Source of the DNA: Squalus acanthias
Lineage: Eukaryota
Direction: 5' to 3'
NCBI GenBank assembly: GCA_030390025.1
Contig: CM059432.1
Location: forward strand, 21,020,001-21,084,000
DNA: 64,000 nt
Shown here: positions 12,451 through 26,139 of the stretch, in pieces
Numbering within the stretch: the stretch's first letter is position 1
Layout: each line of letters begins with the position of its first letter
Program-made: the position numbers and the translations under genes
Notes under the pieces: model-generated
Database searches by the model: none
What the model saw: the letters and a program-made list of their open reading frames with translations, nothing else
Told to the model about the DNA's origin: nothing

Positions 12451-14859
12451 ATTTGTACAATACTGTCTGGCGCTCCTAATCAAGTCATTGCTGTAATAGA
12501 CTTTGCCTTGTTTCAAACCGATCCCACACTGATGCAGTGAATGCCTCTGCCTACTGGCATCACACAAACATGCCCCTGTCTTGGCATTAATTGGCATTAG
12601 AGAGGCCACAGGATGACTGGTGCAGGAAATGGAAAAAAATACTACATTAGTGAATTAGGGCTACTTTACCAAGGATGGGGTGAGGCTAATTGTTAGGACA
12701 ATGTAGGGGTAGCTTCACTCTCCATTTAGCCATGCCATACCTGACCTGGCAATGCTTCATGCTGGCATCCTAGAATGGGGTATGCCATTTTCCAGTGCTA
12801 ACATCCTTGGCCTTGGTGAGCACAAAAATAGCATTTAGTTAGCTTTGTAAACAGAAGTGTACAGTGGCGTTATTGATGTGGCATCACTGACTGATCTAGA
12901 ACGTTGGGTTCTCTGAGGTTGTCCTCCTCTTTAAACTATGTTGCAGTACTTCATGCTGCGGTAAGTGTAGCATTTGTTGTGGCATAAATGTGCCCAGCAG
13001 CAAATATGAAGCAGAATTTTTGTGGCAATCTTACTGACTGATCTGGAAGCTGAGCCTGTCTGAAAACTCATAAAAATAAGATGTATCCCTTTTATAAAAG
13101 ACGGCCAGTAGGACAACCATTTTCAGATAGATTGAGACATCTTAGCTTTGCAATGACTGCAATATTAGCTAGAAACACTTAACACATTGACATGCTATTC
13201 CTTTATTTTAATGTGGCGTTAACTGATTTATTTTAAGTGGGTTGATGCCTCCTTCAGTAGAACAGGCAAAGAATGTCATATGAAAACTTAGCGCATTCAT
13301 ACGTTGATATTGCAGACAGTAATTTTTAGGATCTTCTAGATCACTTGTTTAATTACATTGAAACCTGTCTTAAGGGCCATCTGCTGAGAAATCTGTAATC
13401 TGATTAATCAAACTTGAACTTCGGTATGGCGTCTATTTTTGGAGACTCTATGAAGTTGTTCTTGAAGATGATCATTGTTGGCATCTTTTGTTGTTATCAA
13501 GTAAGAACTGAATACCGTGTAAATTTCAATAGAATTATAACGTAATTAGAATTTATTAGAGAATGTATATCAACTATTGTAGAATAAACATATACTGAAA
13601 TGTTTTGCAAAAGGTAGAGGAATGTGGAGGGTTATGGAGTGTGAGATAGATCGCATCTTCCTAACTTGTGGAGAAAATGGACAGGGTTTTTTTCCATAAA
13701 CTGAAGTATTTGTATTTACTGATGATTGGAAGCCCCATTACTAAAGGAAGATATATGACAATAAGGACAAAGTGAGAGGGGGGAGGTAAAGAGAAGAAGG
13801 GAGGCGACATTAAAATAGAAAAATGCAGGGATCCAGAAGGTTGATATTTGCCTGCTATTCCACCCATTGTGCATTTTTGATCTTGGCTTTTGATTGGAGT
13901 GGAAGGAAGGTAATTCTGCACAAGTAGGGGAGAATAACAATATGAGTAGGTTTAAGGGTGGTTTTTCTGTTGAAAAATGTTGGGTGCTATGGTCAAAGGT
14001 GATGTGAAGAAACATAAAGGGAAAAGTTACGTACAAGTATACTGTTTTTACAGCATAGTGGATTGAAGTACAGATCCACAGCAGTCTTGAGACACAGAAT
14101 TGATCCCACCACACTGTTGAGTTCCTGATCTTGGCTGTGCCACTGTGGTAAAGTAGATGCGAGGCAATTTCCCACTCTTCTCCCCGCCCCTCCCCCTTCA
14201 CCACTGACATGGAAAATGTGAAGGAGCCATGCTGTCATATCTCTCCAAGCAGTTGCCTTGTAACAGCAGAAACTTGGGAGTAGACCCCTCAACCTCCTAA
14301 GCATAGTCTTTACATGTCCCAGTGATTACCTGTCCCAGGGACAGGGAAAGAAACAGAGCGGAAAAATGAAACTACCAGGTAGAACTGATTTGACTGTTAG
14401 TTTAAGCTGTTCAACTCAGTGGTTTTCTATGCTGTTGATCACTTTGAAAACAAAGACCGTGTAATAAGGAGTGTATCAAAACAGTTGTTTTCCATCTTCA
14501 AATCCTTGAACTCACAATATTATGAAATTGCGCTTTGAGCCTTGGCACTCATTATTGGTGCCAGATCATACACTACACACACCTAACTGTGTCTGTCAGG
14601 TACAGACGTTGATGTCAATACAGTGTTCTCTCACTAACATATTTCTACAGAAAACCAATAATTAAACTTCCTTTCTATCACTTAAAGGACATTGTACACA
14701 TATATCCAACACAATCACTTACTTAACTGTGATGTGATAGTGAAAGCAACACCATTGTTGAGAACTCTAACATGGGGAGTGTTTGTTATTTTTTTAACTG
14801 TAGATCTTTTTTCCTTCAGTCCCTAGTTGACCAGGTAAAGCTTTGAGGCCCCAAAGTAC

Positions 14860-16510
14860 ATAGGAGGACAGGAACAAGTGTAGGCCATGCAGCTGCTTGA
14901 GCCTGTTCCGCCATTCAATTCGATTATTGCTGATCTGTATCTCACCTCCATTTACCTGTCTTTGCTCCATATCCCTTGATACCCTTACCTAATGTAAATA
15001 TATCATTCAGAGTCTTGAAAGTTTCAATCAACTGAGCATCCACAGACTTTTGGGAAGAGAGTTCCAGATTGCCACTACGCTTTGCGTAAACATGTGCTTC
15101 CTGATTTTGATCCTAAATAGCTTAGCTCTAAGCTCAAGATTATACCCCCTTTCACTGTATTTCCTCGCCAGAAGAAATAGTTTCTCTGTATTTATCCTAT
15201 CAAATCCTTTTATCATGTTAAAGATCTCGATTAGATCCCTTCTCAACCTTTTAAACTCAAGGAAATACAAACCAAGTTTATGCAGCCTGTACCCATAATT
15301 TAACCCTTTAAGCCCTAGTATCATTCTGCTGAATTTGCGCTGAAACCCCTTAAAGGGTAATACTGTATACCTTTCCTGAGATTCGGTGCCAAAAGCTGAA
15401 CACACTACTCCAGATGGGGTCTGTTCGAGGCGATGTACAACTAATGCCTTTTGACAGCCTTGGCTCAGAGGTAGCACGCCCCCTTCTGAGTCAGGCCCCA
15501 CTCAAGAGACTTGAGCATATAATCCAAGCTGACACTTCAATGCAGTACTGAGGGACTATTGCAGTGTTGGAGATGCTGTCTTTCGGATGAGGCCCCGTCT
15601 GTCCTCTCAGGTTTAAAAGATCCCGTGGCTGTATTTGAAGTAGAGCAGGGAACTACTCCCGGTGTCCTGGCCAACATTGCTCCCTCAACCAACACCATTA
15701 AAACAAAACAGATTATCTGATCATTAATCGCATTGCTGTTTGTGGGATCTTGCTGTGCGTAAATTGACTGCCGCGTTTCCCTACATTACAACAGTAACTA
15801 CACTTCAAAAGTACTTAATTGGCTGATAAACGTTTTGGAATGTCCTGAAGTTCTGAAAGGCACTATATAAATGCAAGTTCTTCTCTTAAAGCATCACTTA
15901 CTCACCTTTGCATTCCAAACCCCTTGAGATAAAGGTCAAAATACCATTAGCCTTTTTGATGACTTTTTGTACATGTGCACTAGCTTTTAGTGATTTGTGT
16001 ACTTGGACACCGAAATCCCTTTGGTCCTCCCCAGCTACCAGTCTCACCATTAAGAAAATATTGTGATTTTATCTTTTTCGGATCCAAAGTGGATGACCTT
16101 GCATTTCTCCACATGGAACGCCAGGTGCCTTAGTTTTTCCCACTCAGTCTGCCGATATTTCTTTGTAACTTCCTGCTCTCCTCTTCACATACTTCTAACA
16201 GTGCCATCTGCAAACTTGGATATACAACTCTCTATTCCTTCGTCCAAGTAATTAATATATATTGTGAAAGGCTGAGGCCCCAACACAGATCCCCGAGGAA
16301 CACTTCTTGTTACATCCCGCTAATCAGAGAATGAGCCTATTATCTCTACTCTGTCTCCTGCTTCCCAACCAGTTATCGACCCATGCCACAAGGTTACCTC
16401 CAATTCCATGAGCTCTCATTTTTGCTCATAAAATTTTGTGCGGAACCTTATCAAATGCTTTCTCAAGGTCCATGTAGACACTGCCCTATTCACCACACTA
16501 GTGACTCCTA
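14860..16510 (-). mobile_element. CR1 LINE fragment, decayed, interrupted by a SINE at about 15451-15885
   Basis: Minus-strand CR1 C-terminal motifs (RLRRDLIEIF, FTQSVVAIWNSLP) and RT remnants (gcatttgataaggttccgca on the minus strand). Confidence 0.85.
15451..15885 (+). mobile_element. DeuSINE (SacSINE1-like)
   Basis: Collinear with 51728-52162; inserted in a CR1. Confidence 0.85.
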
Positions 16511-16696
16511 CGTGTAGCTGAGATTGGGAACTCAGTGGCGTATTTGGTACGCGTCTCACCAATTCCGAGATGACTGTACCGATGCTCTTAACAAGTTACA
16601 CTAGAATATCACTTTTATCACACCAGTAATTATTTTGGCACTCTGCTTCCCTTAAGTTAAACATAATCCTTATCATGGTAACCCTCTTGGTATCAA

Positions 16697-18640
16697 CGAA
16701 TCATAGAATGATACAGCACAGAAGGAGGCCATTCGGCCTATCCTGCCTGTGCCGGCTGTTTGGTAAGCTATCCAACTAGTCTTACTCCCCGCTCTTTCCC
16801 CATAGCCCTGCACATTTTTTCCCTTCAAGAAGTTACCCAATTCCCTTTCAAAAGTTACTATTGAATCTGCTTCCACCATCCTTTCAGGCAGTGCATTCCG
16901 GATCACAACAACTCGCTGCGTAAAAAATAAAGTTTCCTCACGTCACCTCTGGTTCTTTTGCCATTCACCTTAAATCTGGGTCCTCTGGTTACCGACGCTT
17001 CTGCCACTGGAAACAGTTTCTCCTTATTTACTCCATCAAAACCGTTCATGATTTTGAACACCTCTATCAAATCTCCTCTTAACCTTCTCTGCTCTAAGGA
17101 GACCAACCCCAGCTTCTCCAGTCTCTCCATGTAACTGAAGTCCCTCATCCCTGGAGCCATTCTAGTAAATCTCTTCTGCACCCTCTCCAAGGCCTTGATA
17201 TCCTTCCTGAAGTGTGGTGCCGAGAATTGAACACAATACTCCAGCTGGGGCTTAAATGTGTTTTATAAAGGTTTAGTACAATGTCCTTGCTTTTGTACTC
17301 TATGCCTCTATTAATAAAGCTAAGGATCCCATATGCTTTTTTAACAGCCTTCTCAACTTGTCCTGCCACCTTCAAAGATTTGTGTACATACACCCCCAGG
17401 TCTCTCTGCTCTTGCACCCACTTAAAATTGTATAATTTAGTTTATATTAACCCTCATCATTCTTCTTACTGAAATGTATCACTTCATACTTCTCTGCGTT
17501 AAATTTCATCTGCCATGTGTCTGCCCCTTTCACCAGTCTGTCAATGTCTTCCTGAAGTCTGTTACTATCCTCCTCATTGCTACTACATTTCCGTGTTTTA
17601 TGTCATCTGCAAACTTTGAAATGATGCCCTATATATCTAAGTCCACATATATATATCAATATATATCAAAGAGATCAGTGGTCCTAATATCGACCCCTGG
17701 GGAACATCGCTGTATACTTCCCTCCATTTTGAAAAACAACCGTTCACCGCTACTCTCTGCTTTCTGTCCCTTAGCCAATTTCGTATCCACACTGTCTCTG
17801 GCCCTTTAATCCCACGGGCTTCAATTTTTCTAACATGTCTATTATGTGGTACTTTGTCAAACGCCTTTTGAAAGTCCATATACGCAACATCAACCGCACT
17901 ACCCTCATCAATCCTATCCGTTTGTTCATCAAAGAACTCAATCAAGTTAGTCAAACACGATTTGCCTTTAACAAATTCGTACTGACTGTCATTTATTAGC
18001 CCATACTTTTCCAAATGCCAATTGGGCTTGTCCCACATTATTGTCTCTAAAAGTTTCCCCACCACCGACGTTAAGCTGACGGGCTTGTAGTTGCCGGGTT
18101 TATCCCTCTCCCCTTTTTTATAAAGGGGTGTAACATTTGCATTACTCCAGTACTCTGGCACCTCCCCCAAATCAAAGCAGGATTGGAAGATTGTGGTCCG
18201 AGCCTACGCAATTTCCAACCTTGCTTCTCTCAGTAACCTAGGATGCATCCTATCCTGACCGGGTGACTTTTCTACTTTGAGGACTGCCAACCTTAAAGTA
18301 CCTCCTCTTCATCTATTTTTATCCTATCCTCTATCGCTATTACCTCCTCCTTTACTGCTACATTGGCAGCATCCTCTTCTCTAGTGAAGACTGATGCAAC
18401 GTACTCATTTAGCACCTCAGCCATGCCCTCTGCCTCTACTAGAAGATCTCCTTTTTGGTCCCTAATTGACCACATCCTTCCTTTGATTACCTTTTTACTA
18501 TTTATATGTTTATGAAAGACTTTTGGGTTCCCGTTTATGTTAGCCACTAATCTATTCTCATACTCTCTCTTTGCCCCTCTTATTCCCTTTCTTAGATCTC
18601 CTCTCTACTTTATATATTCAGCTTGGCTCTCTACTGCATT
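16697..18640 (-). mobile_element. CR1 LINE, 5'-truncated
   Basis: Minus-strand ORFs with GNYKPVSLTSVVGK, YMDFQKAFDKVPH, VPQGSILGP, ERVQKRFTRM; tail at about 16697. Confidence 0.94.
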
Positions 18641-19179
18641 ACGTACCTTACATTGTGAGCAGATTTTCATTTGATATTCCAGAAACATAATCAACACCAA
18701 AACATCAGTAAAGCACATACTTCTGAGCAGCTTGGGTTATTATCAGATGCTGGAATGGAGCTTATATGCATTTCAGTCATAATTTATGCAAATAAAAATC
18801 CGACGCATTAAATCTTTGCTGAGGGACCAGCTTTATTTTCTTTTTTAATAATTAGATGCAATTTTGCAGATATTAGCTATGAAAACAGTAACTGTATATC
18901 TTCTCATTTGAATTGAAGTAAAATTATATTTGGGCATAATTGTACTGTGTAGAATAATAATCACAGAAAATTTTAAGGCAGATGTTACTTCAGTTACAAT
19001 TGTAATGTTAATAGTCGAGTGGGCCTCCACTTTGAGTCTCTAGATGCAGACAATGGTAAATCTGACACTGAAATCATCTTTAGAAAATTGTTTGAAAACG
19101 TACCATTTATCTTGCTGTTCCTTTTAGAGGGATGTTAGAGTAAATGACAGTAGCATCTTCAAAGTGCATATCAGGCACA

Positions 19180-19868
19180 GTCACATAATTTGCGACCCCT
19201 ACGGGTGTGTACGATTGCTCACGCGCCTGTAAGGACTGCGCAACTTCCGGGTTTAGGCATGCGAAGCACATGCGCGAAAACCCAGAACTTGCGATCTGTC
19301 AAGACAGATCACCTGCGTCCCCGGGAAAAGGGCCTCCGCGGGCAGAGAGTTGCGCTATTTGCCCAACTTCTGCCCAGCAAATGCCCTTGAAATTCTTACG
19401 CCTGGTAAAAGCAGCTGTAAAGCGATTTAAAAAATAGAAAAATAAAATGTTATCACTCATTTATACATTAACAACCCTGTCCAATAAGGCAAGTTTATTT
19501 TTCGCCCCGTTAAAACATATACTTTTTTTTTCAAAAAATTAAATTTTTGTTTAAAATATTTAATTAAATGGCATTTTAATTAATTTTAAATAAGTAATCT
19601 TAAAAATGTGTTTTTTAAGTGATCCCCACTCAAACTTCCGTATGTACGGAACTCCCATAATTATGAATGGGATTCCCCTTCTTTCATTGGTTGGGCAGGC
19701 CCACGTGATCCCAGGGGCGCTTGCAAACCGCCTGCGCCCCTGGGATATGTGGGCCTCTATCTGCGGGTACCCAGAGAGGCCCAGGAGTGCGAACCAGGTA
19801 AATTCGTAGATCTTTTGCCGGTCGGAGGCTTCCACCCGCGGGAAGCCTCCGACCGCAAATTTTGGGTC
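19180..19868. mobile_element. Non-autonomous DNA transposon (probably Harbinger-type MITE)
   Basis: Imperfect terminal inversion (aatttgcg / cgcaaatt), CpG-rich ends, AT-rich core, subterminal hairpin at 19819-19855. Confidence 0.6.
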
Positions 19869-20109
19869 ATTGTTTTCTTAACCTAAGCAAATCAAAGCAA
19901 GAAATTAGAAAAATGAGCATTGAGATTCGCAGCCATCTTTCAGCGTGTGCATGTACACAGGGACTGTTGTCTCCACTTTCAGTGAAATGGCTACTCATGC
20001 ATTATCTAACTGATTTGGTTTGAGATAAAATCAGAAAATGCTAGAATTGCATTGGAGGCCCTTCTAAATTGAAAATAGAAAAAAACACAGGTTAATGTTT
20101 CGGACAAAG

Positions 20110-21245
20110 AGCATGTGCTGTCTTCCCCATCTCACTAGCCACCCCTCACACTCACCCTCATCCTTGTCCAATCATGCCAATTAACAACACACAAGGGTAG
20201 GCACTTCGGTGTTTTATGCAATGTTCATGTAAAGTTTCTGTTAATGTGGTGTGAAACATTGAAACCTTTATTTTCAACACTTTACCTTCTTGGACAGATT
20301 TGTGTGCACCTTTGGAAGTGTCTTAGTCAGTTCCGGTGAATGGTGAGACATAACGTCCCTTCCCCCCAGTGGTGATGAGTGTGAAAGGAATGGCTTGGAC
20401 ATTGTAGGGATGGTTTATGGTGTTGGTGTGGGCTGGTGCCAACCTGGCACATCATGTGGCAGCCAGGGTGTACAGCGCCAAGTGAAGTAAATCTGGCCAT
20501 GGTGAGGTCATCGCTGGCGTCCCGGGCAGCAAAGTGGTCGGGTGCTGATGCCCTGTGCCCTGTGCAGCATCAGGTGATTGTGGAGAAGGTTTGTGTTGTT
20601 GTTGGTGCTGCTGGTGTGCCTGGTGATGTTGGTGTTGGAGCTGATTGTGATGGGATTCTGAGGATCAAGGTGAGATTTTTTCAAGAGCACCGATGCTAAT
20701 GGAATAGATGGCAGCTGAAGTTGAGATGACAGAAGCAATCTGTCAATGGTGAGAGAGGTTGCTCCAAGGAGGTGACAGTGGATAGAGAGATTACTCCAAA
20801 CACTTCCAAACTGCATACAGCTCAAAAGTGCCTTCCAAATCCTGATGGCTCAAGCTTCTGACATTGGAAAGTAAACAGCTGTGAAATGGTAGCTTTTATA
20901 CCACTTTTGCAGCTGTCACCTATTCACAGCAATGGAGGGTCATTGAGAACCCAACACACTTACCTGATGTGCTCCCCGAGCGACGGGAACCTCATGGAAA
21001 AGTTGGAAAAATGACTAGAAGGTTGTAAAATGCTGTTCAACTGCCTTTAAAGACCCTCTTAACTATCTCAATTGGCTGACCCGCCACGTAGTGCCGGATC
21101 TACAAAGCGCAGGCAGACCCCGCACTTGGGAAAATGACACGGAGACGGGTTCAGAGTGGGATCCCGACCCGCTGTCAACCTTTTAGATTTTTGACAGCGG
21201 ACCCGCCTCCGAACCCGCCCTCTGAGCGCCGGCAAAATTCCGGCC
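20110..21245 (-). mobile_element. Harbinger internal-deletion derivative related to the 55372-57873 element
   Basis: Terminus ggcaaaattccggcc; the minus strand retains the transposase N-terminus (Q/H-rich, PDAAQG) fused to the C-terminus (DHFAARDASDDLTMARF). Left boundary uncertain. Confidence 0.75.
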
Positions 21246-21431
21246 AGAGTGTGTGATGTCTGAATGTGATGGATGCATACTGGACGCAAGATTTTATTTT
21301 AATATTGGTCATTGTACTGTGGCATTGCAGACAGGGAGGATTAGACCAAGTGTAGTCTTCAGATAAAGCAGGGTTCCAGAGTGGGGGATAGTTGGACCAG
21401 GGCACACAGATGTATCCATTTTAAAGTCTTA

Positions 21432-22203
21432 GGCCGTGATTTTTGCAAATGGATGCGGCCTGGGAGCGGGTCAGCTGGTTTCCGGGTTCCAGTCCCGCCC
21501 CCAACTGCATCCGGCCCACGGATGTGATTTTACGTCGATTGGCCTTGTTAAGCCCGCCCTGCGGGCTTGCCGACCAATTAAGAAGAAGCCGGTCAGATGA
21601 CGTCATTTGATGACATGTCATCTGCCGGTTTTCTTAAAGTGAACCACGCACAATTTTTTTGACAGCTCATTTCTCAGTGTTTGACAGCATTGAGATAATG
21701 AGGCTGCAGGTGAGGTTACAGAAGCGATCTGTCACTGGTGAGAGAGGTTCTCCCAATTCAAAACCTGTTACCTACAGAAAAGTGTAAATACATTAAAAAT
21801 GATTTTCCCAACATTTTCTTACCTCTGAAACTTACCAGTGCACCATTGATCCTTCACACCACTTCTGCAGCTGTCATCAATGCAGAAACATTACAGCAGA
21901 CTCACAACACGCCACACTTACCTGGCGTGGTGTCTGGATGTCGGGAAACCCCAGCCAGAAGCGGCAACATTGAAAAAGAGCCTGTTAACAAGTATCAAGT
22001 ACCTGTTAACAGGCAGGTAAGTGGCTATAATCCTCTTCCCGCCGCTAGGTGTTGGGTGCATGCGCAAATCGGGGACCCGACACTTGGGAAGATTGTTTGG
22101 AGGCGGGTTGACGGGGGGTTTCCTACCCGCTGTCAATCTTTGCGATTTTGACAGAGGTCCCGCCTCCGATCCTGCACTCTTGAGGACCGGCAGAATTCCG
22201 GCC
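21432..22203. mobile_element. Harbinger-type MITE
   Basis: TIR ggccgtgatttttgc / gcagaattccggcc; flanks TTA and ATA; right end shared with 20960-21245. Confidence 0.75.
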
Positions 22204-22821
22204 ATACATTCTGTCCTTATTTTTGTATTTCCATGATAAATTCCTGTGTCCGCATTTATTATATAAACTTGCCACACTGTAATTACACAACCCTGACAAT
22301 GCTGGCATTGCAGTACCGCCACTGAAGGGGCGTTGGTGCGTGGGGGGAGAGCGCAATCACAGCCTAATAAGTTTTACATAGGCAGTTTCCATTATAAATG
22401 TGCACATACAAATTTATAATGAACAAAATTGACAGGAAGTGTGCATAGATGTAAGATTCTTATATTAGTAATAGATATAGATTTACAGTGCATTGATCAG
22501 ACAATTACACAGTCACCTCTTCTGTTACTAGATTGTCACTTTTATTTTTATTCAAGCATCATTTAGTGGTGACAGCACGGGCAGATATCCAACTTTATGT
22601 CTGCCCGATGTTACTCTGAAAGTGCCCACAGGAAGAGGCAGTTTTCTGTCTGGTTTTCCCTCTCTGCTCACGAAGAAGCGATTTATCTCTCCGATGCTTC
22701 CTAATGGTCGCATGGATGTGACTGGGATTCAGAAAGTGGGGGACTGCAAAGTGTGTAGAGGTGTGTACCTCCACTCTGCTGGGTGGTATTGTTAGCTTTG
22801 TTTTAATTTAAAAAGGCGCCC

Positions 22822-23190
22822 ACGGGGCTCATTGGACACGTGCACTAACCGGCTTGGTACTAAGCTATACTAGGCAAGAAGGTCCTAGTTTTGATCCCCA
22901 TTCGGTGTTGAATAAGTTGACCTCAGCTGGGATAGCAGTTGGGGTGCTACGGTTGACCACAGTACCCTGGATGAGGAGGAGAAAAAGTCGGCCAGGGTTC
23001 CCGCATCTGATTCAACCCTTGCTGGAAGATGCACTTGCGTGGATATTGGAAGGAAAAGGGATCAAGCTTGGTGATGACGCATTTCATGGTTGAATATCTT
23101 GATAATACTAACTAGGCTTATGCATGAAGAATGTCAATTTGAACAAAGTAATGGAAGGCTGCTGGCATGAGTCAATACCTTGAGGAGAAG
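22822..23190 (+). mobile_element. Ancient tRNA-derived SINE, family unassigned (other copies on the minus strand at about 90-435, 900-975 plus 2850-3100, 28770-29110, 29850-30180, 34190-34320 plus 34772-34900)
   Basis: Shared motifs among copies (gtgagcctagacagtgagtgttggcag; cagctgagatcagc.aactcagcaca) and a degenerate B box. Confidence 0.65.
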
Positions 23191-23580
23191 GGATAAAACT
23201 GGAAACAAAAATGGAATTTAGTCAGTTTGGTAGCTTCTGCAACAAGAACCTTCTGTGAGCATGTTCAAGAACCAAGCCTGTCTGAAAACCCTCCACTGTG
23301 ACAAGAACTTATCTTTAGAGGAACTTTGTCTTTCTCGTCAAGTACCACGTCAGACACTTTACGATGTTTATAACTCGCGGGGCAAGTTATGATATCAAGT
23401 ACTGTACTATAATATTAAACAGGAGTAATTGCCCCAGACGAGTCAGTAGTTTAAGTTGCTATGGAAAAATAAACTTGCATTGCACCTTGTTTTAAAACAT
23501 GATAGTGATAATTCATTGCATGAAAATGTTCACTGATTGCGCTGACTTCTAACAGTTTCCTTATTCTGGCTTTCTCATAG

Positions 23581-23684
23581 AACATGGACAAAGTGATCCT
23601 GCCTTCGGTCACTCTAATCGTTGGTTGTGGAGTTTCCTCATTGACTCTCCTGCTGTTAATCATTATTTATGTATCTGTCTGGAG
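23581..23684 (+). CDS. ADGRB1: ADGRB1 coding exon, TM1
   Basis: tttctcatag|AAC ATG GAC...; [34 protein letters not shown](R); donor GTAATG at 23685 (phase 2). [19 protein letters not shown] is BAI1-type rather than BAI2/3-type. Not in the ORF track. Confidence 0.95.
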
Positions 23685-24334
23685 GTAATGATATACAATA
23701 TCATTTTTTTAATTGAACTGAATTGCAACTTATATTCAAAGCGTGATATATCAGCTGATATGCAGTCACAAGGCCTGAAATAATTACCAGCTTTTGATCC
23801 AGTGGAGAATAGTCTTTAAGAAATGACCTACTTGATGCAGCATATTTCTCGATGACCTTGACTAAAGAGGTCATTATAAAGAATTTAAATCAATTAACGC
23901 TCTATAAATGTCTCGGATATTTTCCAAATCACATTTTTTAATTACTTTTTTTGTTTTTAATTTGTTTTCAACTCTTCGCCCCTCCCCCCCATCAAAAAGT
24001 CTCACTTCTGTCTTGGTGGTTTTTGTGACATGCTGTTCCATAGACGGGAAGATGAACAAGCAACTTGCTCCGATCCCCCAAACAGTACCACTCTTGAGTT
24101 GATCACTTTGGTCATCTTCATATATCCAGAGGTATTCACCATCTAATTTCCCCCCCACCCCCCCCGCCCTTCTTCGTAAAGAAGTGTGGTGTCCATTTGG
24201 CACATCGTTTGAGAGACCAAAAAGTCTAAATTTGCTACTGTACTTTCTTCAAAATGTTGCTACTTGTTTTATTTTTATATTTATTCCCCTTCAGTTGTTG
24301 TTAAAATGAGCAGGCAATAGAGACGTAATGCTGC

Positions 24335-24720
24335 ATCACACTGGCTCACTATCCTTCGAGGAATATGGTTGAAATTCATTCCAGGCTAATAGGATGCAGA
24401 TCTCCTCTCTTTGCTGGCAGTAAGGGTCCCATGTTAAATTAACTTGGCCAATCTAAACCCAGTTGCTACTAGATGTGAACTTCTTGCATAAAACTAAATT
24501 GACAATCTCACTCAGATAGGCCCCAAGGATGGCTAGTGTCAGAAATAGGAGATGCTCTTTTTTGATTGAAATTAGAAGGTAAATTGTTGGGACAGTGTAG
24601 AGCGAGCTTTATTCTGTATTTTCCCTATGCTGTATCTAACCTGAATTTGCCTAATATCGATACTGAATGCCCAAAATGGAAAGGTCCATCATTTCTAGCA
24701 CTAATATTTTTCTTCTTTAG
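24335..24720 (+). mobile_element. Ancient LF-SINE-like repeat (other copies at about 9230-9660 and 12520-12830)
   Basis: Shared motifs ggcagtaagggtcc, ttgacaat.tcactcaga.aggcc, gggacagtgtagag..agcttta; resemblance to LF-SINE is from recall only. Confidence 0.5.
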
Positions 24721-26139
24721 GAGTAGAAAAACTCACACAAAACTAAAGAATAAAACAGAGTGAGCAACCTGAGTCAAACACAGTAAAACTTTGTTATAAT
24801 AAATTCTATTGATAGAAGTCTTCTTCTAAAATAACAAGTAGGATTTTGTTCTTGGTCTGGTAAAGCCAGTATAGGAGCTCTCCGGATTGGTTGTTTTTTT
24901 TGTACATTGTTGTGAAAAGGATGACTTACGAAGTGCTCTTGCAGAGAGCCGGCACGGGCTCGATGGGGCGAATGGCCTCATTCGGTGCTGTATACATTCT
25001 ATGATTCTACAAAATTTGTTATTACAGTAATTGTAAAATTTTCTAAATTTTGAATTAATTAAAATAGGAGGAAAGGTTTTTTTGTATATTATCCATATTG
25101 ATTATAACATAATTAATAGCTACTTCCTGGCTTACTAGGCTGTAATTTTTAGAACAGCAGAAAGACCAATAGAGTTAAGAGGGACCCTAGGGTCCAGGAA
25201 GATTAACCGCACTGTTATGCTGCTACTGCTTCACGTGTTGGTAGAAGACTTACACAACAAAACATAACGTGCTGTTCACATTAATATTTTAAAAAGAAAA
25301 AAAATGGCATTACAATTATATTCTGTTGATTGATTTTACCAAAACACGTTCACTACACCAATTTATATGTATTGAATTTAAAAGAGGTAGGGTCAGCAGT
25401 GTGCGGTGAGTTTCTGATGTCAGCTAGGCTGCTTACATAGAGAGGCGCTGAGAGGAGGATGAGATTAACTAAGCATGCATATCACCCAGTCAAGCTACAG
25501 AGTAGCATTGACAGAGGCCTGAGAATAGTTTGTCTGCTCTCACGATCTGAAGATTGCATAGCATGGAAGAGCACTTAACAGAGGGAACGGGGCGGGGGGT
25601 GGGGGAATAGTTTTTTACTTTACTAACTTAAATTAACAGCCTTCCTTTGTAACCAACCTGGTACCACAGACTTGTTACTGTACTTGATTTGGTTCAAATT
25701 CATTTTTGTACTTGCTCTCGTTCTTCAGTTGGCCTTAGTTTTAATATTTTGTTTTAATTGCAGCCGATCTGGACATTCCAGGAGTGGGCTAATTCACAAA
25801 TTGCTCATTTTGGCTCAGTGTGTTGAAATATGTTTTCATTTGGCTACAGGTCTGTGTCACAGTGACATCCTATTTAATAGAATGCCACATGAGCTTTAAA
25901 TCTTACTAATACATTTTCAGGCTGATAGTTGAGGAATAAAATCCATGCCCAGCTCTGAAATAGGACACATTTCTTCATAAATGCCATTTCTTGTGGTGAC
26001 TTATTTCCCAGCCCTGGAAAACTCAACATGTTTGAAACCGAAACACAATACTAAAGTGTACAATGTTAATATCTTTTGTTGGGTGACCAAAGTGGGACAT
26101 CTAGATTTTTTATTTAAAAAAAACCCCACATTTAGCAAC

